Under the pieces are notes generated by a model. That model saw nothing but the letters and a program-made list of their open reading frames with translations, ran no database searches and had not been told where the DNA came from. The position numbers and the translations under genes are program-made. A DNA stretch of 64,000 nt from Vicugna vicugna (Eukaryota). The DNA is taken from assembly GCA_013265495.1 (NCBI GenBank), contig MU058384.1, positions 681,622 through 745,621 on the forward strand, given 5' to 3'. The stretch's first letter is position 1, and every line of letters begins with the position of its first letter. Positions 1-14,208 of the stretch are shown piece by piece.

Positions 1-1719
1 GCCGCCCTAAGGTCTCCAGACAGCAGCAACAGCTATCAATCACGCAGCAGATAAATAGATTTCAGAAGTTTTGTGTACAATATGTTCTTGAATTTAGACT
101 TAAGCTCAGGCTGACATACAGTATTTCACTGCTAATGTGATCTCTTTCTAGCAGTAGGGAACATTCCTTTATGAAATTGTGTTGCATAACTCGTTTGCTT
201 CCTAGCAAAACAATTTTTGAATTTCTGTATAATTTCTGTTAAATCTATTTTTAAAGTTGAAGCTTAGGTCAAATGCAAATATGAATATCAATTTATCTAG
301 CATGCATAATTTGTAGTCTGTGTGGAACTGACTCATCTGTCTTTGGTATCCGGCAGTCACGTGAACTGCTCTCCTGCTAAGAGTGACCTATTCATCCTTC
401 AAATAAACATTCGCAAGAGGAAGAAAAACAGTATGTACACTTCCAAAGGAGGGACAACATATTGTGCCTGAGCCAATGTGCTTGAGTCAGTTCTGTCAAC
501 AGTCTTTGGAATTTAAAGTTTCTCATGCAGAAAGCATGTGGAAATGCTGAGAAATTCTAAACGTAAGCAATCTAAAAACATTAGGATTATGTTCCTTTTT
601 AAAATATGAGTGACCAAATGAGTAAAGAAGCTTCTTGAGTATCTGCATGATTATTGTGAAACATGAATTATGAAAAAAATATGCTTGTCTCTGTTATGTA
701 GAGACATGTGTTGTGCTCCTTAGTTTAATCTGGGAAAAGGCATTTCATGTTACTCCTTTAATATCTGTATTCTTCTCAGCTTCATCCGTATCTGTAAAGA
801 TATACTCAAGGGCAAATGCTTAAGGTGCTCTACATGTTTTTTTCTGTGAGGGAAGAAAATAAACCACCATGTTCACGTTAAAAGATTTTTTAAAATGCAT
901 ATATCATTTTCAATAAAAATGAAGAATAATACCAACTAAGAAAGAAACTGATTTTCTGGGAAGATTTTTCCATATTTTCAATATAGAATAACTAAAACAA
1001 GGAGAATGAACTTATGTTCTGAAAAATTAATCCAGCTTTAAAATGATAAATGACTACTTCCCTATTATGTACTATTTTACAGTTATTTTTAGATAAAATT
1101 TGAAAGAATAGTTTAAGAACTGTTGGGTATATAAATGGTTTATCCCTAGATGTGAACACACTTTACCTATCATCTGGCATGACATCTCCTATTTACGTGG
1201 CTTTTCATAAAGGAAATGGAGAACTATATTACTTCTCTGGTATAAAGGTATGAAGAAAATGCATTAAATATAAGAACCTGTAGTAATGTATAGAATTTAA
1301 AACAATGGATTCCCAACAAAGAATTTAACCTTCAAAAAGTCATTGATAAGGATTTATCATTGCAATTGGACATATCACCTTTAGATTAAGGTTATTTCAC
1401 CTTAGTAATATAGAAAACATTAAGAATTAAAAAATGGAATGCCAGACTTTCCCAGCAAGACTACCTCCAGTTTGGATCTCCTTCTGACCCAGAATTTCAG
1501 GGGTAATATACCACATTTTCCCCTTAATATCGACTTACTGAGGTGGCTAGGACATTGTTTTATCTAAAAAGTCCTGTATGGTGGGGAGGGGCAGAGAATG
1601 GAGGAAACTATTCAAGATTAAAAGAGATGAAAAAGAAAAACAAATTACAGTGTGTCAACCACAAAAGTCAATCCTACAACAGATGTTAAAATCTGAATAT
1701 GAATAGATGGTAAGTCACA

Positions 1720-1818
1720 ATAGACTTTCAGCCTCCATAACGTGAGAAATATATTTCTGTTGTTTGTAAGTTACCCAGCTTGTGATATTTTGTTATGATA
1801 GCCTGAACAGATTAAGAG
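1720..1818 (+). mobile_element. MaLR (MLT1-type) LTR 3' fragment
   Basis: gactttcagcctccataacgtgagaaatatatttctgttgtttgtaag...gttatgatagcctgaacagattaaga resembles the MLT1 LTR 3' end (recalled consensus). Confidence 0.75.
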
Positions 1819-1844
1819 AACATCCAAATAGAAATAGTGACCAT

Positions 1845-1950
1845 GAACTTACATATGTTAAGTCTGGAGGTGGGGGATGCGTGAGTTGGAAATACAAATC
1901 TGGGAGTGATCAGTCTATGAAAGATATTTAGAGCCATGAGACTAGATAAC
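1845..1950 (-). mobile_element. L2 LINE fragment
   Basis: ggaaatacaaatctgggagtgatcagtctatgaaagatatttagagccatgagactagat matches the typical antisense L2 motif (tttgggagtcatcagcat...aaagccatgggactggat). Confidence 0.6.
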
Positions 1951-1961
1951 TAATGAGTCAT

Positions 1962-2160
1962 TACTAATAATAGCTCATAATTACTGATCATAATGAGAAC
2001 ATATATATGTCTCAGAGTAAGCAGACATTGTCTAAGCATTGTCTAACTGTGTTTTAATTCCCTTAGTTCACATAATTCTCTATGATTGGTATAGTTACCC
2101 CAATTTATAGATGGTAAACCGAGGCATAAAGAAGAAACCTGTCCTTGGACCATATGGGGA
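1962..2160 (-). mobile_element. MIR SINE
   Basis: cccaatttatagatggtaaaccgaggcataaaga is the reverse complement of the MIR core. Confidence 0.7.
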
Positions 2161-2819
2161 TTATCAAGGAGTAAACATACATAGAAAAGAGGAGAAATCT
2201 GAATACACCAGAATATACTGGTGTACATTAAGTTAATAAGGTTACAAGTTGAGGACTAAAAACAAGCAAATATCATACCTAGAAGCTAAATGAGGAAATC
2301 TTTTCAATGGGGAGGAAGAGAATATTTTAGAATGGGGAGAAAAGAGAGATAATTAAAAAAAAATAAATTGTGAGAAAGAAGAGAATACTTTTAAGATGTT
2401 TGTGAGTAAACAAAAGTGAAATGATGAATTAAATAACAAACTATTAACTATAATTGTCAATTTGATGTATTTGATTATTTCAAGCAGTCAACTTTCTAAC
2501 ATGGCAATATATACAATTCTCATGGACAAAATAGTCACATATATTTACTAAACTTGTAGTTAGTAAGTTGTTTTCTTAATTTTTGTAAAAATGTTTACAT
2601 TAAATCATATTCTTTTATATACTTCAAACTGAAACCTCTTGTCTAAATTTAATAATGAATTTAAAATAGAAAAATAAGATGCCAGGACAAAACGTTTGAT
2701 GTTTGTGATGTTTTTAAAAATCTTAGACATGTTTAAAATATAAAAACTTACATTTATCTAATAATTACACAATTCTGTTCCTAAACATAAATGAATATAA
2801 TTAATACTATGGAATGGTT

Positions 2820-2916
2820 ACATATATTTGTATATATATATACATATACATATATATATAATATATGTATATGTATATATATATGTATATGTATATATAT
2901 ATACACACACACACAC
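2820..2916. repeat. (TA)n/(TATG)n/(CA)n compound microsatellite
   Basis: directly visible. Confidence 0.95.
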
Positions 2917-4229
2917 TTTTATCTAAATCTACCCTATTATATGCTGCCTATTTATTATATACTTTAATATGTATCTTGCTGGGCTGTAGAGTCATTTGTG
3001 TTAAATTAAAGTAAGTGAATCAAAAGACTGTGCATGAATGGTATGAAATTTCTGTCTGCAAACTGGAAGTCGGATACTATATACTTGCAGAAATATTCTG
3101 GTCACAACATTCCTGAACATGTTGAACTGCTTCTTAAACTTCGGCTTTGTCTACTATGTTGATGTTGGACCATAATCTCAAGGCTTTCATTGACTTTTAA
3201 AATGCAGTATCTCACATTCCATGGACATATTTAAAGTTTAATCCTTAATCAGTGGTTTTATAACTGCTTTCATCTTTTAATGCTTGATCTGGGTGGGTAA
3301 TATTTTCTGCTTGAACCTAGCTTGCAAACACTTTTCTTCACCTCTTGATTCTATTCAACTTACTACTGCATGTTTCATTTCTGAAGTCTTTTTTCTTCTA
3401 TCTGACTCGACTTGATAATTTTAGAGCCATCTTACTGAGTCAGGACAAACTTTTTTTGAGTTGAAAAATGCAAAGGAATAAAAGGAAGTTGAAAGTGAGG
3501 TGGAAAGTAATGGTACCGTGTAGAAAGAGATGAGAGAAACAATGAAATAATTGTGTTATAGAAGAGTGAAAAAGGTGAATAGGAAAAGGAAGTCATATTC
3601 ATATATTAGAGGAAAATTCCTTGAAAAAATTAAATAAATTTTTTTCCTGTTTCAGACCTTTACAGGTTGCCCCTTTGGTCTTTAACCTCTGTGTTTCTTC
3701 AAAGTCATGTGGCAACAGTTTTTTCTTGCTCCCAAGGTAGCGGACCCTTATCTGTTCTTCTCCAAGTAGAGGCAGAGAACAGTTCTCCTCCTTAAATACT
3801 TTTATACCTTTAATTTGGCTTTAATGTGTTGCTTCTTTCCTTTTGTGATAGAGTCTTTGGACTTGTGGTGGGCTCAGAAGCTCAGAGTCATAACCCAGTT
3901 TAGAAGTTGGGGGGAGGTGTCTGAATACTGACTTTTCTTTTTGAAACTCTAGTGCAATATAGATGCCTAAAAGAAAAGATGTATGAATTATGAATTTCTG
4001 AACAAAAAACAAGTATAATATTAATCTTTCAAGATATACCCTCAGTACTTTAAGAAAGGTGAAAAGTAGATAGTGAAAATAGGGTAATTAATTTATGCTA
4101 AATTCCTCCTGGGAAAAACCAAGGAATTACAATATAATGATAATTCTAGAAATGTCTTTATGTGTATTTTTGTTTTAAGATAACTATTAGTAAAATTAAA
4201 ACTCATGTTAGAAGTATAAAAAGGAAACA

Positions 4230-4680
4230 GCAAATAGCAAAAACAGTATCTTAAAAAGATAAACATGAATAAGTGTTTTGTGATAAACCAATATGACCAC
4301 AATGTACATTAGTTAGGATTCATGGTTAAATCCTAAAAATCAAAGTCCAACAATGTGTTACTTACAAGAAACATGCAAGAAAATGAGAAAAAAGGATTGA
4401 TAATGAAAACATGAACCAAGATAGATTAGGATAAAGATAAATTAAAAGCCAAGAGGCAATTTTATTTGTAAAATTAAATTTTGAGTCAGCAATCTGTTTG
4501 ATCAAAGAAGCAATTTGTGGAACAGTTCAGTCATGAATTTTTATGCCTTTTTTAACATAGCACCAAATAGACAAAATAAAATCTGTTGAAAGTTACGGAG
4601 AATGTGTCAGGGTATAATTTTTAAATGTTTTAACATTCATAACTGACTAGGCAAATAAAATTGTTTGAAATATGATTAGC
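4230..4680 (+). mobile_element. old L1 fragment (start of ORF2 endonuclease region), heavily decayed
   Basis: A-rich; ccaacaatgtgttacttacaagaaaca resembles the L1 EN motif (P-T-I-C-C-L-Q-E-T). Confidence 0.55.
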
Positions 4681-4834
4681 AAAGTAAAAATAGGTATTTA
4701 TTCATTTAAAAAATTTATTGAGTGTTTACCATGTGTCAGACATTCTTTGTAAGTGGAGGGTGGTACAGAGAAATCTGTGTCCTCACCTGCCTTCTTGTGT
4801 GTATTCTAATTAGGAAGATGGATGTTGGTGACAA

Positions 4835-5038
4835 AGAGGCCAGATACAAGTTCATGCTTCCTCCACTTATGAGCTGGGTAGACCTTAATTCAAGTTCATC
4901 ATCTCTTTTCTTTAGTTTCCTGATCTGAAATGTAGGTAATTTTGAGGGTTAAGTTTGTTTTGAAATTAAATATGTCAATACATTTAAAGCACTTAGAACA
5001 ATGTCTAGTACATGGCAAGCTTGGCTGCTACCATTATT
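4835..5038 (+). mobile_element. MIR SINE
   Basis: ccacttatgagctgggtagacctt...agtttcctgatctgaaatg...taaagcacttagaacaatgtctagtacatgg. Confidence 0.75.
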
Positions 5039-5464
5039 AACCTTCTTTTCACTTCTTATAATGTTTCCATAAATTGCCCATATTTTTCCCATAAATTTTT
5101 AAAATTTTTCCCCATAAATGTTCATAAATTGAAACTGGAACATTCAATACTGTAGAAATGTATAATTCATTTTTTTTTGCCACAATATACTTAGAGATTA
5201 ACACAAAACAATTTGAAAGAAATCTTTATAATAGGCTACTGATTAGAGATTTTAAAATGCTTCTTTTTTTCAAATATTTTTGTTTATTTCTCAGGGACAC
5301 CTGTATTGCTAACATAGGTCTCTATTCTCTGCCATCCATAGTTATCTTTTAATATTCTTATTATTTTAATATTTGTCTATTTTCTCTGACTTACATTACT
5401 AATAAGATTTTTGACAATGTCTATTATTTTATCTGTTGCTTCCCACATGCATTTTAAATGCACA

Positions 5465-5550
5465 TTTTTAAAAATGGAGGTACTGGGGATTGAACCCAGG
5501 ACCTAGTGCATGCTAAGCACACAGTCTGCCACTGAGCTATTACCATCCCC
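5465..5550 (-). mobile_element. tRNA-derived SINE (camelid Vic-type)
   Basis: minus strand reads ggggatggtaatagctcagtggcagactgtgtgcttagcatgcactaggtcctgggttcaatccccagtacctcc (A and B boxes); probable TSD gcattttaaatg at 5449-5460 and 5558-5569. Confidence 0.85.
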
Positions 5551-7245
5551 ACCTTAGGCATTTTAAATGAGATACTGCATTTTAAATTTCTTGCAATCTT
5601 TCCATGGTTCTACGTTTCTCATTAAAACTTAACCAGCTGCCTTTTCACCAAAATCTGATATCTATGGATCTCTCCTCCTATTTCATAGTCTACATATACT
5701 TACAATTTATTTGTGATGCCAGTTCATCGTTTATTTAAAGATTCTTATCAAAATAATGTAGCAAATTATTTATTTTCTTCTCAGTCTTCCATATTATGTT
5801 CTATTTTCCTTATTTTGCAGTATTTTTTCATGCCAAGTATTGTTACATACATATTCTTGAGTGAATTTGCTACCAAAGCACCACTTGGAGCTGGAGACTG
5901 AAGGCAAATGGCAATGTTCTTGTTTGATGGGTTAAGAGTGGAGGCAAAACCCTGCCATAGAGAAAATTATCCTTGTCAGATTGGCTCCAGTGATCACAAA
6001 TGCTTTATTTTTCATCACACAATTATGACATTATCTATATTCTACTATAATTGATGGATGGAGAGGACCCGATAATTAACCAGGCCAACCGTTTTGCAGG
6101 TACTCCATTAGAGCCATAGTGACTTGTAATTCCAGATTCCTAGTAGCACTAAAAGCTGAACTGCTCTGTGAATACCCTGTAGCACAATAAATGATTTCTG
6201 TGACAGTGTTACCAAAAGTCACCTTCCCTAGTCTCACAGAGAAAATCTGAAGGTGCAACTGAAGCAAAAATATATGGCCTGAGTGGATTTTTTCCTCCAT
6301 CTTTATGAGAAATTATCCACTCCATTATTTTGGGAATTGAGATCAGTATTTATCTAAAGTTGAATATTTGAAAATCAGAAAAAAAAGGAAATACCAATCA
6401 ATTTGTGACAATATGAAAAAGCTCTGGTTAGCTATTGAATGTTATTCTGTACTGAGCACTCTTCTAATTATTACATAGAAAATTTATCACCTACAATTTG
6501 CAGGTGAAGAAATTGAGATACAAATATATAAATTAACTGGCCTGAGATATACCAGACAAGTGTCCGAACTGATTTGTAAATATAAGCCCTCTGGTTCAGG
6601 TTCTGTGTTCTTAAATCACTGTACTGGGAGGCACTTATGAAATACCTCACCCTGGTCTGATGAAGAACAGCTGCAGTAAATTCACCAGAATCAGCTAATC
6701 CAAACAACAGCTTGAGATCTCCATGTCCCTTTCGGGATATATTTGTCTGTTTCTGAAGTCTCAGAATTTGTTGTTTGAAGTACATCCTAGACTCTAGATC
6801 AGTGACAGTGATGACCGAAGGATTACTGATAGGAGTTAGAATAAACATTTAGTCACTGTCAATTCTAAAAAATTTTAGTCTAGTTGAAATGCATAAGAAA
6901 AAATACAGTAGTTTTAAGTTTGACAACTCTTTTAAGCTCTTTGACACCTAGAGAACCTCTTTTAACTGTTTCCTTGGGGTCTCTATTTCATTATAAAATA
7001 TTATCATGATTCTATTATATGTTGAGAATCTATTCTTTATAAAATTTACCACCTTGATGAAATCAGGTAGCACTTTGTTAACTGGCTTTGAGTTTTTATT
7101 ACAATTGCTTCCTCATAAAATATACTGTGAAAAAATTTTTGTATATGGTACTCTTTTGCTAGTCTTATCTCAAATAAAAAAATAAAGCCAGCTACACATC
7201 CATCAGGGATTACACATACATACTTATTACATTAATATATAGAGA

Positions 7246-7681
7246 GTCACTAGATGCAATGATGTGTTTAAAGTTTTCTTTTGTGGATCAACACTTAGAA
7301 TATGTTGAGAATATATTTTCTTTAGTACAGCTTTACTTCCCTGGTCAGCAAAGAAAGGATTTTCTTATATATTTCATAATTGAAGGAAAAACTAGTGTAT
7401 ATCACAAACTGAAAATATTTTAAAATCTATACTTTAATCATACTGTATATGTTTTTTTTCCAGTTGTCAACATTGCTTTCTGTATAACTTTCAATAATGT
7501 TTACTGACATGGGATTTCATTTCCATTTGTGGTTGAATTGTTTACTCTGTATTATATCAGCCATTTTTATCAGGAAAGAGGAGTAAGTTTCTCTAAATGG
7601 TGTCTGTCTTTTTGTCTGTCATTATTGTGCAGAAAAAGATCCACAAAAGAAAACTTTAAACACATCATTGCATCTAGTGAC
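7246..7681. repeat. perfect 44-bp inverted repeat (7246-7289 / 7638-7681), 348-bp spacer
   Basis: gtcactagatgcaatgatgtgtttaaagttttcttttgtggatc and its exact reverse complement. Confidence 0.95.
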
Positions 7682-7714
7682 ACTTTGTAAATACTGCATT
7701 ACCATTTGATTTTT

Positions 7715-8545
7715 AATTTTTAAAATTGTGGTAAAATACACACAGCATAACAATTATCATCTTAATTTTTAAGTGCACAGTTCAGTAGTTTTAAGTTTAT
7801 TTATATTATTGTGCAACCAATATCCAGACTTTTTTTATCTTGCAATACTGAAATTCTATACTCATTAAACTATAATTCCCCATTCCCTCTTCCCCCAGCC
7901 CCTGTCAACCACTATTCTGCTTTCTGTCTCAATGAATTTGACTTCTCCAAGTATCTCACATAAGTGGAATCATACAGTGTTTGTCTTTGTAATTGCCTGT
8001 TGTAGCATGTGTCAGAATATCCTCCTTTTTTAAGGCTGAATTATATTCCATTGTATGTATATACCAATGTTGTGTATCCATTCATCTGTCAATAGACATT
8101 TGGGTTGCTTCCTCTTATTGGCTATTGTGAACAATGATGCTATGAACATGGGGGTACAAATGTCTCTTTGATATCCAGCTTTCTATTCTTTTGGCTATAT
8201 ACCCAGAAATGGACTATGCTAATTCCACTTTTAATTATTTGAGACCATTGTACTGTTTTCCATAGTGGCTGCACCATTTTACATCCCCACCAATAAAGCA
8301 CAAAAGTTCCATATCTCCATACCTTTATCAACACTTGTTATTTTCTGTTTTTCTATTGATTTGATTTTTTAAAATTTTAATATTACTGTCCTAATAGTTG
8401 TGAGGTGGTATCTTATTGTGGTTTTGATTTGCATTTCCCTTATGATTAGTGATGTTGATCATATTTTCGCGTGGTTATTGCTCATTTGTATATCTTGTTT
8501 GGAGAAACATCTGTTAAAGTCCTTTGCCATATTTTAACCAGGTTT
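7715..8545 (-). mobile_element. L1 (L1MA/L1MB-type) 3' UTR plus ORF2 C-terminus
   Basis: aattgtggtaaaatacac...ccattccctcttcccccagcccctg...atacccagaaatgga; ORF 8140-8334 (WGCKMVQPLWKTV) is an L1 ORF2 C-terminal motif. Confidence 0.9.
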
Positions 8546-9551
8546 TTAAATTTTTTTCTTATTTTTTTAAACCGTTGGATTTTAAACATTATTTTTTAAA
8601 ATGTTGTAGACTTGTCTTTATATTCCTAAAGCTTAATTTTAAAATATTTTGCTACTTGTAATGGTTACATGGCTTGATGGATTAAAAAAACCTATTAAGG
8701 CAATAATCTTTTTTAGTATCAGATTTATAGCCATATTATCAAATGTTTTTTATTAATAAATTTAAATTTCACTTTTGCTTTATAGACAGAACCTCAGAAA
8801 ATCATCATTTTTACCTAATTATACAGCTGGTAATCAGTCATACCACAAGAAGAGGTATTACACATACCATTTTTTTGTTCTCTTAAAATTCCAGTATTGC
8901 CGCTATCTTCATTTATGGGTTCTTGGTAGTAATATTTTAAAATAACTTATTGATTTTTCCAACTTGAAATCAAATAATATAATTAATAAATCTACTTAAT
9001 TCTGTACTTTCCAGTTTACTTGATTTTTGAGAACTGGTACCTGGGTTCTACCTCCTTCCCCCTCAGAGATGAGGACAGTTTTTCGATAGTCCATGGTGTT
9101 AGGATATTTAGGATTAGAAATTTGATGTGTTTGAGAATAATATCTCTTTAATCCATGATGCATATTACATTTGTTTTTCCTTCTGTTTTGAATCCTCACT
9201 ATTTGGCCACTTTGCAATTTCATTTCCTTTTCCTTTGTGGAATTTTTCTCAGCACCACCATGAATCTGGTGTAGTAAGATAGGGCCACCTTCTAAGTGAC
9301 ACAAATCCCATACACTGGAGAAACCTAGGGGTTGTGCATTTTGCTCCAAAATTTAGACAAAATTTTTTGGCAATCTTTCCTTTACCTTTATTAAACTTTC
9401 CTATATTTGACATGAGAGCAACACAATCTCATGAGAGCAGAAAATTAGGGGAAAGGGGCCAAAGAAGTCCATGCAGCCTTTTTTGAGCCTCAGCTCCACA
9501 GATTTACCCAGGTTAGAAAAAGTCCTCCTGACTCATACTTAATCTAGTCCA

Positions 9552-9698
9552 TCAGTGCTCAAAGTGTGGTTCCAGAACAACACCATACCTGGCAATTGCA
9601 AGTTCTCAAGTTCCTCACCAACCTGGGCGTGGGCTGCCACCATCTGTGTTTCCATAAGCTCCTGGGTGAATTTCATGCACATTAAAATTTGAGAACCG
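9552..9698. mobile_element. MER5A-like hAT-Charlie MITE
   Basis: cagtgctcaaagtgtggttcc...gcacattaaaatttgagaacc ends resemble MER5A. Confidence 0.7.
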
Positions 9699-9907
9699 AA
9701 AGATGAGTCCAATTCAACAGGGCTAAGTACCTCATAGGGACTTAAGGTCACACAGTTAGAGTAACACTCAGAGTGATTTGTTTTCCAGCATTCTTGCTGT
9801 ACAATCAATAGTTTACATGTCAGTGCTTAGCATTAGTGATGAGTCTGAAGTCCGGATTGTTTTTGGAAGTTCAAAATTATGATCTTTTTTGGTCTCTCTT
9901 TCATGTG

Positions 9908-10549
9908 CAGTATATCCTCATTAGTTGTGAATTCCATATTTCTGAATTTATCTCCTTGCTAAAATTTATTCGTAACTCCAAAACCGATTCTGTGACAATA
10001 ACAGATACAGAGTGGCAAATATTTGAAATGCCCAGCATGCTTTTTCCCAGCTGAGGTCAAACACAGCTGATGCTGTCTTCTCGTTTCAGTTCTCATACTG
10101 CATACAAGTGTCGTTTCATGGTCGATTTGGGGACATGTTCTTGTTTGTTTTTTGCATTTTGAGGCTTTTTGTTGGTGATTTTGCTACTAAAATGGCCCCT
10201 AATTGTTGTGTTAAAGTACTATGTTTTGTTTCTAAGCACAAAAAGGCAAGAAAGAATGTGCCTTATGGAGAAAATGTGTGTATTCAATAAGCTTCGCTCA
10301 AGCCTGACTTTTAGTATTGTTGAGTTTGAGTTCAGTGTTAATGAATCAACAATATATATTAAGTGAGGTGTCTTTAAACAGAAACTCTCATAAAACAAGA
10401 TTATGTATTTATTGATTGATAAAAATGTTGTGACCAGAGACTCCTAGGAACCCAACCTTGTGTTTTCACTTGAGCAATGGTTCAGTATTCACTAATTCAT
10501 TGTTCACAACTTCATAGAACAAAACTGCCTTGGATAATGAAAACAAATG
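9908..10549 (+). mobile_element. MER82 (TcMar-Tigger non-autonomous DNA transposon), near full length
   Basis: colinear with recalled MER82 consensus; ORF 10169-10366 keeps a CENP-B-type HTH remnant (EKMCVFNKLRS...EFSVNESTIYIK). Confidence 0.85.
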
Positions 10550-12089
10550 TATATGATTTCATATTCTCAGTTCTTTCCAACTTGCAAAAATAACAACTCC
10601 ATCTAATGCTATCATAATAATATTTTGTTTGCTATTGACTTAATCTTGTAACTTCCCAACTCATTTTAAGATTGATTTACTATGTGACTTTCAAACCCTT
10701 CCAGGACAATTCTTAACGGCTTGTTCAAATCCTGTTTTCTTTTTCCTCTAGTGATTATATAATTTGGGACAAGTTTCATGTTCAAGAAATATTTAACTCC
10801 AAAAACATCCGAACACGTCGCTATCACTTGATAAAGGGAAACATATTCTAATCGTGATCCTTGAGGCACATGGAACAGATGCAGCCTACTCTTAAAATAT
10901 TCTTTAGCTATACTGGAAATTTTAAAACTAGAAATGTAAAGAAAACAAATTGGTAGGAAAGTAGATTCTGCAGAATCATCTAAGCATAAGACACATTTTC
11001 ACCTCCCTGAGTTTTAGATGCAGCGCACTGACCTCTCCTGGCTATTTTCACACCTGTGGAACTATGATTATTTATCTCCATTCGATAATTATAGCAGTAA
11101 GAAGCAGAATGTATTACAGGACTTTATATAAGCTATATGTTTTTAATTTTTTTTAATTTAGTATTAAATATAAATGAATTTTACAGTTTAATCCTTCGGG
11201 AAGTTTTGATTTTAATTTGTTTTTCATTTGGATGTATCCCTTAACAGCTTGAGACAGATACAGAGATGGGCAGAAGAGTTAAAATAGCCAATATATTTAT
11301 TCACTTGAAATTATGAATTCTGAATTAACAAAAGCAAATTTCCAGAAAAATAGAATGAGTTTCCAACATTTATTTATATTACTGTAAAACAGAAAAAACT
11401 CATGTTTGTTAATCATTCAGCTTTCTCAAGGGTGAATTAATTAATGCCAACTTTTTTCATTCACGAATATCCTGAGGGCAGGAAAGCCATTTAGATAGCC
11501 AATCCATGAGACTTGTGTTTTTTTCATTTTAATTTAGTTAGACATAAATTTCCTTGTGAACCATAGGTGAAATACTATAATAGTAAAGAGGAAATGTTTT
11601 ATAATTTTAGCTATTTGTCAGTGGCTCATAGATTAAATATTCTACTAGAATTTTAGATAATTTACATTTTAATTGCAGAATTTCCTTTGGCTTTTTATTT
11701 TATGAGTCAAATTATAGATGCCTAATTTATTTATGTTAATTTATTGGAATATTTGCTATACTTGTTACAAAAAAGATCTTTAAGAGTAACTAAGCAGCAC
11801 AAAGCAACGTTCAAGTTGTAAAACGTTGGGAAATGGCAGCTTATTCTTGTTACATCAACATTAAAAGCAACACTCTTATTTCTTATTTCAGAACAGAAAT
11901 AAAACCTTGTAATGAAATCAATAAGAACAATGCTGAGAAGACTTAAAATTTTTATTCTAATATTTGTTGAATCAATTAATTATTTTTTCTCTTTCAAACA
12001 AAACCCAAAAACTGAGATTCATAGCCTGAAGTCCAAAGATCTAATTTTAATATATGTTAAATCTGATTCATCAGTGCCCTTGGCCAACA

Positions 12090-12450
12090 TGCTAATAGTA
12101 TCCCCGTTGCTACTGCATGATCAGAAATAGGCATATAAACCAATTCTGGCCAAAGGCATATAAGAGGAATGGGGAGATTTTTTTTTTTAATTATTTCTCA
12201 TATTGACAAGAGAAACGTAATAAAAATAACCCCTTAACTTCCTCTGAATCACTGCTGCATTTTATGGAATAACTTGAATGGCTGCAACCAAAATTGTCAC
12301 TAATTTGAGAAAAAGCCAATGTCAGGCTGGAGCAGGCAGAGGGGAGAACCTCCCCCTAGTGAAATACTGAGCCACTAAGTCCACGGATGTTGGAGGCTGG
12401 GCAAACTCCAGACACTGTAAATGCAAACCTCCTCTTGTTGAGGCAATGCC
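12090..12450 (+). mobile_element. old MaLR LTR (MLT1J/K/L-like), diverged
   Basis: ccaattctggccaaagg...gctgcaacc...ctgagccact...aaacctcctcttgttgaggca motif order. Confidence 0.5.
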
Positions 12451-12954
12451 TAGTGGTTTCTGAGAGTTCTCATCAGAATCATCCCAGTACTTTTTAAAAT
12501 CAAATACCAGTTTCGAATGACGAAGATCTGTTACTTATTTCAGTATAAGCATGCTTTATAAAGATTTAGTCCTCCGAGAGCCATTGCATGGTGCATTTTT
12601 TCTGTAAATTTCACCCAAGGCAAATAAAAACAACAAACTTCTACCCAAAAATGTAGTTTTTTTTTTTTCCAAGAGAGAGATTTTTCTTTTTCCTTTCACC
12701 ACCATGCAGTGGTTAGATACTGACTTGTTTGCTTAAACTCCTAACATGCCCAATTCTCTTGGCTGTTTAAGAGAAGAAATTTAAGAGAGGACAAGCAGAC
12801 AGAAGAGGGTGAGGAAGGATGAAGGGGAGCCACCAGACAAGGTTCCTGATCAAAATTATGCCCAGCAAACTCTTGGATGTTATGTAGGAGTGAGTCAATT
12901 CAGTACTAAGGAAAAAAAATAAGGCAATAAGAGCCACACTTTAAAAAGCCTAGA

Positions 12955-13140
12955 AAGCTGGACCAGAATGAGTGATAGTGAAGAGAGAGTAGAGATTAAT
13001 GAGAGAGGTGTGCAAGGACCAGATCATAGCGGACTTTGAGATGCGTGTAAAGGCGTTTGTAATTTAAGAGCAATCTGATCAACAGAACTGTTTTGAGCAT
13101 GAATGTGACACTAACATGTTCGCTCTATAGAAAGACCAAT
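12955..13140 (-). mobile_element. L2 fragment
   Basis: ggaccagatcatagcggactttga...gttttgagcatgaatgtgacac...tatagaaagacca. Confidence 0.55.
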
Positions 13141-14208
13141 TGAATCTACATTCCTAGAAGTGTGATGGAGTTGACTGTGGACTAAAATGGCAAAAATGTT
13201 AAAAAAAACCAAGCTTTTACTGCATCACTGAGAAAATGAGAAAGCAAGAAATCCATAAATATCAAAAATATTTAAAGAATGAAGATAAGAACTTTTTTTT
13301 GACTCCAAATGTTTTAGTGGAAAGATAGAGATCAAATTCTTCCTCTTTGCAGACTGCATACATTATAACTTATGACAAGTTGATGAGAAGCATCAGATAA
13401 GAGACATCTTTATAAAGACTGGGCTTCAAATTGCAGAGGCGAAATAAAAAATAGACCCCTTCTTTTCAGAAGTGACAGCAAGGAAGTTTGCCTTTCTCAT
13501 CATTGGCATTGGGTAAAGGGGAAAAAAATGGTATAACCATAATCATCAGCTAGTTCTCCCAAGAAATCGCATAATGAATTTGTGGCCATCTTTAGAAAAT
13601 AATAAATATGACACACATAACAATTAACTGGAACACCACTTATTTGACAAAAAAATATTTTAAGAGGAGAATTTACATTCAAGTGGTCTCAGGTTAGTAA
13701 GAAATGCAACAATTGGTTGAGACAAATATAAATCCTCTCCTGAAGAGTGTTTTAAAACCTGGATTTTAGGTAGGAAGTAAACCATATTGTGCTTTCCTTT
13801 TCTCCCAGTGTTCTCATTTGTTTAGTTCTATATCATACCCTTTGATTTTGTATTTTGTTAGCGCTTTTATTTTACAAATATGTCTGATGATCTAGTGTGG
13901 TGATCTGTAAAGATCAAGTAGGAAATGGAGAGGTGGATTCAAGGCCTGGGCCAATGGACCGTTCTGATAAGATTCGTGACAAAGAATTACAAACTTTGGA
14001 GTCATAAGCCAGGGTAGAAGGGGACACATAAAATCTGCCTTACCGTGAAGGCTTTGTGTCAGTGGATTTTATGTGGCTGCCAATCCAACGTGGCAAATTT
14101 CTTTATGTCTAATGTGGCAACTCAAAATGCAATAATACCTCCAGAAAAATTAAAGAAACTTATTTATAAATCACAGTTATTTGACAGATAATATTACTGA
14201 TTGTTTAA

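Noticed and set aside
356..365. gtcacgtga E-box
   Set aside because: Single short motif with no supporting context.
5465..5550. Possible tRNA gene (also 59260-59336)
   Set aside because: Diverged stems, A-rich tail and TSDs indicate SINE copies.
6471..6848. 125-aa minus-strand ORF (and the other 60-125 aa ORFs outside repeats)
   Set aside because: No recognisable homology or splice context; lengths are consistent with chance ORFs.
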